Virus record (IMG/VR): IMGVR_UViG_2700989510_000019 | Source of the DNA: a virus | Lineage: Duplodnaviria; Heunggongvirae; Uroviricota; Caudoviricetes | Strand: one strand, 5' to 3' | DNA: 4,355 bases | Part shown: one piece after another, positions 1 through 4,355 of the stretch | Layout of the letters: each line of letters starts with the position of its first letter | Numbering within the stretch: the first letter of the stretch is position 1 | Translations under genes and position numbers: made by a program | Notes under the pieces: model-generated | The model's database searches: none | What the model was told of the DNA's origin: nothing | Seen by the model: only the letters and a program-made list of their open reading frames with translations

Positions 1-580
1 GCAGCTGGTCCGAGGTGCTGTCCGCCGTCTCCCGGACCATCCGGATGTTAAAAGGACGGGGAGGCAGATTATCCAGAATCACCGACGCCAGAAACTGCGA
101 GGTGGTCTTGCCGTTAATGGTGACATCATTTTCCGTCACCCAGTTACCGTTACGCTGCAACTGAATCAGCAGTCGGACAGAAGAGGGATTACGGTCGCCC
201 TTTGAGGTGGTCTCCAACAGTGACTGCACCCCGAAGGTGACCCGCAGGCGGTCAATGTTCGCGGACGTAATGGTGCGCGTCACCGGCTTTGCCTTCGTCA
301 CTTCCACGCCCAGTGCGGTTTCAGAGCCGGATGACTCAAAACCTTCCGGCGGTGTCTGCTCCTGCTCCCCGGCGCGCCAGACCGCTGTCACACCATGTAT
401 CACAGGATTACCGTCCGTGTCCGTCAGCGGGGTTTTGTTCACCAGAATACTCTGCAGCCCCTTCACCGGACCTTCCACGGGTCCCTCACCGATGGCATCA
501 ATCACGCTCATCATCTGCGTGGACTTAAGATTGTCCTTTGCCTCAACCGGCGTGTGCGCCCTGCCGCCACCTTTACCCAT
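1..580 (-). CDS. J: Host specificity / tail tip protein J (central tail fibre), N-terminal ~193 aa only; the 3' end lies beyond the window start
   Basis: Not in the supplied ORF track (no stop inside the window). Reverse complement of 521-580 reads ATG GGT AAA GGT GGC GGC AGG GCG CAC ACG CCG GTT GAG GCA AAG GAC AAT CTT AAG TCC = [20 protein letters not shown], continuing [22 protein letters not shown]...[21 protein letters not shown]...[93 protein letters not shown], open to position 1. This is recognisably the N-terminus of phage lambda gpJ (recalled as [39 protein letters not shown]...). ATG at 580..578 is preceded on the minus strand by SD GAGAGGAA (complement of 585-592). Confidence 0.9.
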   Translation of the reverse strand, partial: MGKGGGRAHTPVEAKDNLKSTQMMSVIDAIGEGPVEGPVKGLQSILVNKTPLTDTDGNPVIHGVTAVWRAGEQEQTPPEGFESSGSETALGVEVTKAKPVTRTITSANIDRLRVTFGVQSLLETTSKGDRNPSSVRLLIQLQRNGNWVTENDVTINGKTTSQFLASVILDNLPPRPFNIRMVRETADSTSDQL

Positions 581-713
581 AATGTTCCTCTCAATTGGTA
601 TTATTAGTCGCAGTGATAGGATATTGCACAGCTATTGCGCGATATCATCAGAACGCTGTTTGTTACCCTGTAACCAGCAAGCTCAGTCTGTTAACGGAAT
701 TAATGAGGGTTTT
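581..713 (+). promoter_or_regulatory. Intergenic region upstream of sodC: presumptive sodC promoter and 5' UTR; also carries the J ribosome-binding site on the minus strand
   Basis: 134-bp non-coding gap between the J start (580, minus) and sodC start (714, plus). SD GAGGG at 705-709, 4 nt before the ATG. Weak sigma70-like candidates only, e.g. -10-like TATCAT at 643-648 and TATTAT at 599-604, neither with a convincing -35. Perfect 5-3-5 palindrome GTTACcctGTAAC at 662-674. Exact promoter elements cannot be assigned from sequence alone. Confidence 0.3.
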
Positions 714-1241
714 ATGAAATGTAAAATCATTGCTGCCATTGCCATGCTGACAGCAGCATCATGCGGATACGCAGCAGAACAGGAAGTCCCAATGAACCTT
801 GTCAGTGCTGACGGAAAAGAAGTCAGCATTGGAAAAATAACCATTCAGGAGACCCCCTACGGTCTGCTGTTCACACCAGCCCTTCACTCTCTGTCTGAAG
901 GCATTCATGGTTTTCATGTGCACGAAAAAGGAAATTGCGCCCCGGCACTGAAAGACGGAAAACCGGTCGCAGCATTATCGGCTGGCGGTCACTTTGACCC
1001 GAAAAACACCGGCAAACATCTTGGCCCCTGGTCTCCGGATGGACACCTGGGCGACCTCCCTGCGCTGTTCGTGACGCATGACGGAAAAGCGAACTACCCG
1101 GTCCTGGCCCCGAGACTGAACTCATTAAAAGAGATTAAAGGGCGTTCTCTCATGCTTCATGCTGGCGGTGATAACCATCATGACCATCCGGAGCCCCTGG
1201 GCGGTGGTGGTGCGAGAATGGCCTGCGGCATCATTCAATAA
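714..1241 (+). CDS. sodC: Periplasmic copper/zinc superoxide dismutase (SodC family) with N-terminal Sec signal peptide, 175 aa
   Basis: ATG at 714 with SD GAGGG at 705-709; TAA stop at 1239-1241. Translation [55 protein letters not shown]...[12 protein letters not shown]...[30 protein letters not shown]...[30 protein letters not shown]. Carries the Cu,Zn-SOD signature: Cu-ligand HxH (GFHVHE), bridging His in GGHFDP, Zn-ligand block KHLGP...DGHLGDLP, Cu-ligand His in LHAGGDN, and the LGGGG-AR-xACG C-terminal motif with the disulfide Cys pair (GNCAP / MACG). Collinear with E. coli SodC and Salmonella SodCI as recalled. The part of track ORF 207..1241 upstream of 714 is antisense to J and the intergenic region and is not part of the gene. 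Confidence 0.95.
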   Translation: MKCKIIAAIAMLTAASCGYAAEQEVPMNLVSADGKEVSIGKITIQETPYGLLFTPALHSLSEGIHGFHVHEKGNCAPALKDGKPVAALSAGGHFDPKNTGKHLGPWSPDGHLGDLPALFVTHDGKANYPVLAPRLNSLKEIKGRSLMLHAGGDNHHDHPEPLGGGGARMACGIIQ

Positions 1242-1247
1242 TCAGTC

Positions 1248-1276
1248 AGGTAAGGGGCGGGCCCCTTACCTTTATT
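1248..1276 (+). terminator. Rho-independent terminator immediately after the sodC stop codon
   Basis: Perfect inverted repeat GGTAAGGGGC (1249-1258) / GCCCCTTACC (1261-1270), a GC-rich stem of 9-10 bp, followed by TTTATT (1271-1276). No U-tract on the minus-strand side, so plus-strand specific. Confidence 0.6.
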
Positions 1277-1388
1277 CCTCAGGACGATAAATCCTTTCTC
1301 CCTGAAAAGAACGGCACATCCTCCCTCTCTGAGTTAATGTTTTTGTCGTGACATAAGAATAATTCCTTACACTCAATCTTCGTAACGC

Positions 1389-1421
1389 TCCCGCAGTTCC
1401 GCAACTCTGCGGGATTTTTTT
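1389..1421 (+). terminator. Second (tandem) rho-independent terminator downstream of sodC, abutting the 3' end of gene I
   Basis: Stem TCCCGCAG (1389-1396) / CTGCGGGA (1407-1414), 8 bp perfect with a 10-nt loop, followed by TTTTTTT (1415-1421) then ATTCTTTTT. On the minus strand the hairpin is preceded by an A-run and not followed by a U-run, so read-through of the minus-strand late transcript is expected. Confidence 0.65.
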
Positions 1422-1428
1422 ATTCTTT

Positions 1429-2109
1429 TTACCCCTGCCGCCCGATAACCACCACCTTCCCGTCACCGCCTTCATCACGGGTACTGATGTCCTGGGAGAT
1501 TCGCCGTGAGCCAACCAGCATTTCACCGTAAGGCACCGGCATCGGGTTCCCCTGAGCAATCATGTTATCCAGCGACGAAAAGTACGTGTTCTGTTTACCG
1601 TTATCCGTTGCCCTGTATTCCGGTGTTTTTGGCTTCGGGGCCAGCATCTGTGCCACACCACCCAGTATCATGCTGGCACCCAGTGAAAACAGCATCGTGG
1701 TGGCAGAAAAACCGCCGGCACTCAGCGCTGCACCCCAGGCTGCCATCGATGCTCCGGCCGTGAAGAAAGAGCCCACGATGGCTGCCGCCCCCAGCACAAT
1801 CTGCAGTCCGCCCTTTCCGGCTCCGGCCAGTCGCGGCACAATATGGATGACCGCCCCCTCACCCAGAGGTTCGTGAAGACGGGCGTACACCGCCTCCGGT
1901 GCCGTGTCCTCACCGCGAATACGTATCTGGTACCAGCCTTCGTTCATCTGACGGCGGAATCCCGGCACCTGTAACGACAGCGCCCGGATGGCTTCCGCTG
2001 CCGTGTTCACGTACAGGCTGAGGCGGCGGCCAAATCGTTGCAAATCCCCGTGAAGGCAGATGCGTGCCAGTGGCGGTGGCGCCAGACAGAATGCGTTCGT
2101 CGTTGCCAT
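1429..2109 (-). CDS. I: Tail tip assembly protein I (lambda gpI homolog), 226 aa
   Basis: ATG at 2109..2107, TAA stop at 1431..1429. Translation MATTNAFCLAPPPLARICLHGDLQRFGRRLSLYVNTAAEAIRALSLQVPGFRRQ...GAVIHIVPRLAGAGKGG...GAAAIVGSFFTAGASMAAWGAALSAGG...FSLGASMILGGVAQMLAPKPKTPEYRATDNGKQNTYFSSLDNMIAQGN...YGEMLVGSRRISQDISTRDEGGDGKVVVIGRQG, collinear with lambda gpI as recalled (ARICLYGDLQRFGRR..., DNGKQNTYFSSLDNM...). Sits directly downstream of K in lambda order. Confidence 0.9.
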   Translation of the reverse strand: MATTNAFCLAPPPLARICLHGDLQRFGRRLSLYVNTAAEAIRALSLQVPGFRRQMNEGWYQIRIRGEDTAPEAVYARLHEPLGEGAVIHIVPRLAGAGKGGLQIVLGAAAIVGSFFTAGASMAAWGAALSAGGFSATTMLFSLGASMILGGVAQMLAPKPKTPEYRATDNGKQNTYFSSLDNMIAQGNPMPVPYGEMLVGSRRISQDISTRDEGGDGKVVVIGRQG

Positions 2110-2750
2110 TTTTCGGAATACCTCTCCCGTTTACTCAGTTGTTCAGGCAGATGGTGAAGCAGTTCACCGTTGCCGCAGTAAATGGCGGCATGATTGGCCA
2201 CCGATGCGCCAAAGCAGCACAGCAGGATATCGCCCGCCTGTGCAGAGGACAGGGGCACCCGGTAAAAGCCTGTGACCGCCATATTGTCCAGGTAAAGGTT
2301 CTGACCGTTGCGCCACCAGTCATCCTCACGCTCAAAATCCGGCATATCAATTCCCGCCAGATGGTATGCATCCCGGAACAGCGTGTAACAGTCCGTCACC
2401 CCGTGCTCAAAGCGCCGTCCTGTCAGATGTGGCACACAGCGGAATTTATGAATGTCCCCCCGGCAGACCAGCCACCAGGACAGTGCACTTTTTATCTGCA
2501 GCCGCCGGTCGGCCTCGCTCAGCCAGGGCAGACCACCGGGATGACTGTGGACCAGTGCCACAATCTCCCCCTGCATCTCTGCCCGCAGCCAGTCTTCCGG
2601 TGCAATACGAAAATACGCCTCCGGCTCTGCAGAGATATTCACACAAGGGATATACCGCTCCCCCTCCGGCGTTCTCACCACGAAGCCGCACGACTCCGCA
2701 GGCGCACACCGCCGGGCATGCGCCAGAATCGCTGATTCTGTCTGTGTCAT
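2007..2750 (-). CDS. K: Tail tip assembly protein K (lambda gpK homolog), two-domain JAB/MPN-type metallopeptidase plus NlpC/P60-type cysteine peptidase, 247 aa
   Basis: ATG at 2750..2748 (complement of cat at 2748-2750). Translation MTQTESAILAHARRCAPAESCGFVVRTPEGERYIPCVNISAEPEAYF...IVALVHSHPGGLPWLSEADRR...WWLVCRG...RRFEHGVTDCYTLFRDAYHLAGIDMPDF...GDILLCCFGASVANHAAIYCGNGELLHHLPEQLSKRERY... Contains a perfect JAMM motif HxHx7Sx2D (HSHPGGLPWLSEAD) and a downstream Cys/His pair (DCYTLF ... NHAAIY) typical of NlpC/P60. Overlaps the start of I by 103 nt in a different frame. Confidence 0.9.
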   Translation of the reverse strand: MTQTESAILAHARRCAPAESCGFVVRTPEGERYIPCVNISAEPEAYFRIAPEDWLRAEMQGEIVALVHSHPGGLPWLSEADRRLQIKSALSWWLVCRGDIHKFRCVPHLTGRRFEHGVTDCYTLFRDAYHLAGIDMPDFEREDDWWRNGQNLYLDNMAVTGFYRVPLSSAQAGDILLCCFGASVANHAAIYCGNGELLHHLPEQLSKRERYSEKWQRRTHSVWRHRHWHASAFTGICNDLAAASACT

Positions 2751-2755
2751 TGGAT

Positions 2756-3454
2756 TTACTGCGAAAGTTTGTTAATGGAAAGGAAACCGCCAAAATTAGC
2801 CACCATGCCGCGCATCTCACACCCGCGCATGCACTTGCTGCATCTGTCCTTACGGATATCGGTGGTGGGTTTATCGAACTCATCCGCCACAGCCCCGCCC
2901 GTGTAACCACACTCATCAGAGCGGTAGGTCCACATACAGGTGTTCGCCAGCATGATGCGACCGGGAAACAGCGCCCCGTCCGTCTCGGTCGGTGTGGCCA
3001 GCACAAACGAGGCCGTCATGGCCGTCAGCGATGACATCTGCTCCACCACCCACCGGTCAGTCAGCTCCTGCTCCGGGTCGGCCTCCGGATTGCCTGCCAC
3101 AAAGTTCACCGCATCCAGAAAACGCGCATACACCCGGCGGCGGACCACCGTGGCACCCACCAGGCTCTGCAAATCCTCCGCCATCCCGGTGACAAGACCG
3201 AACAGATTGGACACCGTCAGCGACGGGCGGGCACTGCTGCCCTTTCCGTTCATCTCAAAGCCACTGCCCTCAATCGGGTACGCCTGATATTGCCGCCCCT
3301 GCCAGGTCACCGGCTCCCTTTTTTCATTCAGCTCATTGCAGAAAAAATACCGCTCACCGCCCTGCACCGTCAGGTCGATTTCCCAGAGCACCACCCGCGG
3401 TGACTGCTCTGACTTAACCGACTCGTTCAGGCTTTCTTCGTGAATATCCTGCAT
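2756..3454 (-). CDS. L: Tail tip assembly protein L (lambda gpL homolog) with C-terminal cysteine cluster, 232 aa
   Basis: Start assigned to ATG at 3454..3452 (MQDIHEESLNESVKSEQSPRVVLWEIDLTVQGGERYFFCNELNEKREPVTWQGRQYQAYPIEGSGF...), matching the recalled lambda gpL N-terminus (MQDIRQETLNE...VVLWEIDLT...GGERYFFCNE). The track's longer ORF to 3481 starts with TTG and adds 9 residues with no homolog support. SD-like GGTGG sits ~8 nt upstream. TAA stop at 2758..2756. C-terminus ...MLANTCMWTYRSDECGYTGG...DRCSKCMRGCEMRG...FGGFLSINKLSQ. Confidence 0.9.
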   Translation of the reverse strand: MQDIHEESLNESVKSEQSPRVVLWEIDLTVQGGERYFFCNELNEKREPVTWQGRQYQAYPIEGSGFEMNGKGSSARPSLTVSNLFGLVTGMAEDLQSLVGATVVRRRVYARFLDAVNFVAGNPEADPEQELTDRWVVEQMSSLTAMTASFVLATPTETDGALFPGRIMLANTCMWTYRSDECGYTGGAVADEFDKPTTDIRKDRCSKCMRGCEMRGMVANFGGFLSINKLSQ

Positions 3455-3795
3455 CAGTTCACCACCTGCTCTATCGTGCAACTGAAATCACTGTACCGGG
3501 CATTATCCGTGACACTCCACTCACGGCACACAACCCTCACCGTCCGGTTATGTTTCGGCGGTCGCCACAAAAAGGCACGGTAACCACCATGCCACGATAA
3601 AAACTCTTCCAGCCAGCGCCGGGTTGACTCATCCGTCACCCGGAACACCGCCTGAAACGTCTTCAGTTGAGGATTCAGCCCTGTGGGGCGGCGCTGTTCA
3701 TAACCGTCACCAAACCGCACCCTCACCACCGACGGCTTCTCACTCACCTGCATCCCTTCACGCGGGACCAGATGCAGCGTTTTTATCTCAGCCAC
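3454..3795 (-). CDS. M: Tail tip protein M (lambda gpM homolog), 113 aa, GTG start
   Basis: Translation (M)AEIKTLHLVPREGMQVSEKPSVVRVRFGDGYEQRRPTGLNPQLKT...FLWRPP...EQVVN, collinear with lambda gpM as recalled (...KVRFGDGY...FLWTPP...EQVVN). The start codon is GTG at 3795..3793 (complement of cac), preceded by GGAGG (complement of 3804-3808) with an 8-nt spacer. The only in-frame ATG is 14 codons downstream and would truncate the conserved N-terminus. TGA stop at 3456..3454 overlaps the L start. Confidence 0.85.
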   Translation of the reverse strand: MAEIKTLHLVPREGMQVSEKPSVVRVRFGDGYEQRRPTGLNPQLKTFQAVFRVTDESTRRWLEEFLSWHGGYRAFLWRPPKHNRTVRVVCREWSVTDNARYSDFSCTIEQVVN

Positions 3796-4355
3796 TCAGC
3801 ATTCCTCCGTCACGTCGCATGGACAGCATCACCGCCTGCACCCGCTGGTCAATCAGCTGCACAAGACTGCCTGCCGCCTCCGGCCCTATCTGGCCATTAG
3901 TCCCGTCATTCTGAATGGCGATATGGTAGACCGGGGAATACACCAGACCCGCACTGCCGTTCATACTACCCACCGCGCGCACACCCAGCGAGCCATCCGC
4001 CGCCCGCGTCAGAGGCATAATGGCTTCAGGTCCGGCCTCCCCCATCAGCCCGGCCCCTTTTGCAAAGGCAAAGTACGTGGGCGTATCCACAATACTGTTG
4101 CTGTACGCACTCAGGTTTGCCGAGGTATACACGCCGCCTTTTGCATTGGCCACCGCTCCGCCCAGCCAGTCACCAATGCTGCCGAGAAATCCTCCCGCAC
4201 CGGACATACCGTTTGCCGCCGTCTTAATTCCGTTGACAATCGCGGCATTCATAAGAACTTTTGATATTTCCTGCAGCACTGATGAGGCCCAGCTGCGCCA
4301 TTCCACTTTATTTCCGTTCAGCATCTCCGTGATGTTATTCACCATCCCTGAGATA
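3788..4355 (-). CDS. H: Tail tape measure protein H (lambda gpH homolog), C-terminal ~188 aa only; the 5' end lies beyond the window end
   Basis: The minus-strand frame is open from position 4354 to the TGA stop at 3790..3788; the ATG at 4345 reported by the track is internal. Translation ...ISGMVNNITEMLNGNKVEWRSWASSVLQEISKVLMNAAIVNGIKTAANGMSGAGGFLGSIGDWLGGAVANAKGG...GSMNGSAGLVYSPVYHIAIQNDGTNGQIGPEAAGSLVQLIDQRVQAVMLSMRRDGGMLSG, a Gly/Ala-rich C-terminal region typical of lambdoid tape-measure proteins. Position immediately upstream of M fits lambda order. Confidence 0.85.
   Translation of the reverse strand, partial: ISGMVNNITEMLNGNKVEWRSWASSVLQEISKVLMNAAIVNGIKTAANGMSGAGGFLGSIGDWLGGAVANAKGGVYTSANLSAYSNSIVDTPTYFAFAKGAGLMGEAGPEAIMPLTRAADGSLGVRAVGSMNGSAGLVYSPVYHIAIQNDGTNGQIGPEAAGSLVQLIDQRVQAVMLSMRRDGGMLSG

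Larger units (their letters stand above)
1..4355. mobile_element. Lambdoid (lambda-like siphovirus) prophage tail morphogenesis module, internal fragment: H-M-L-K-I-[sodC moron]-J
   Basis: Five consecutive minus-strand genes with lambda tail-gene order, sizes and junction overlaps, plus the N-terminus of J. No integrase or att site in the window, so prophage boundaries and intact versus cryptic status cannot be judged. Confidence 0.85.

Noticed and set aside
289-607. Plus-strand ORFs 289..528 and 395..607
   Set aside because: Antisense to the J coding region; Arg/Pro/Ser-rich low-complexity translations typical of spurious ORFs on the opposite strand of GC-rich genes.
207-713. N-terminal extension of track ORF 207..1241, which would make sodC a 344-aa protein
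   Set aside because: This part is antisense to the well-supported J coding sequence and runs through the intergenic region. SodC homologs begin at the MK... signal peptide, and a good SD (GAGGG 705-709) precedes ATG 714.
714-785. Possible lipoprotein lipobox around Cys17 (LTAASC) in the SodC signal peptide
   Set aside because: Position -3 is Ala, not the Leu/Val/Ile of a canonical lipobox. A signal peptidase I site (GYA|AEQE) aligns with the mature N-terminus of E. coli and Salmonella SodC, so a soluble periplasmic enzyme is more likely. LipoP or SignalP would settle it.
871-1125. Minus-strand ORF 871..1125 (84 aa)
   Set aside because: Lies entirely antisense within sodC, with no SD and a low-complexity Gly/Pro/Arg-rich product.
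1248-1421. The two hairpins acting as minus-strand terminators between I and J
   Set aside because: In the minus orientation neither hairpin is followed by a U-tract (the T-runs lie on the 5' side), so they should not terminate the late tail transcript.
581-1430. Direct repeats or att-like target duplication flanking the sodC insert
   Set aside because: Compared the left (about 581-610) and right (about 1415-1430) junctions by eye and found only short T/A-rich similarity. Nothing convincing, and no transposase or integrase in the window.
1272-1913. ORFs 1272..1559 (-), 1506..1763 (+), 1562..1876 (+), 1722..1913 (-)
   Set aside because: Out of frame or antisense within gene I and its 3' flank. 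The first of these runs through both terminator hairpins. None has start-site support or a recognisable product.
2060-3287. ORFs 2060..2275 (+), 2064..2735 (+), 2135..2371 (-), 2366..3034 (+), 2446..3006 (-), 2940..3287 (+), 2992..3192 (+)
   Set aside because: All overlap the strongly supported K and L genes in alternative frames or antisense. The translations are Arg/Pro/Ala-rich and low-complexity, and their length reflects scarcity of stop codons in GC-rich DNA.
3455-3481. Longer L start (track ORF 2756..3481, first codon TTG)
   Set aside because: The extra 9 residues (HDRAGGEL) have no counterpart in lambda gpL as recalled. The ATG at 3454 has an SD and forms the ATGA overlap with the M stop.
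3624-4264. Plus-strand ORFs 3624..3914, 3667..3900 and 3923..4264
   Set aside because: Antisense to M and H, with no SD and low-complexity products.
1-4355. CRISPR arrays, tRNA or rRNA genes, tandem repeats, defense-system operons
   Set aside because: No regularly spaced repeats, no tRNA-like cloverleaf candidates and no rRNA-like stretches noticed. Essentially all coding capacity is accounted for by H, M, L, K, I, J and sodC.

Overview
This 4.36 kb window is a fragment of a lambda-like (lambdoid) prophage tail-gene block, most likely from an enterobacterium (E. coli/Shigella/Salmonella-like). All tail genes are on the minus strand in lambda order: the 3' end of tape-measure gene H (partial), then M, L, K, I and the 5' end of J (partial), with lambda-style junctions (H/M overlap, M/L ATGA overlap, K/I 103-nt out-of-frame overlap). 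Between I and J sits an oppositely oriented (plus strand) accessory 'moron': a complete periplasmic Cu,Zn superoxide dismutase gene (sodC) with its own Shine-Dalgarno, a short upstream region and two tandem rho-independent terminators. I saw no tRNA, rRNA, CRISPR array or transposase. I found no convincing evidence of a previously undescribed system: the non-lambda cargo is sodC, a known class of phage-borne lysogenic-conversion gene. All homology statements come from reading the translations and recalling lambda and SodC proteins; nothing was searched against a database.
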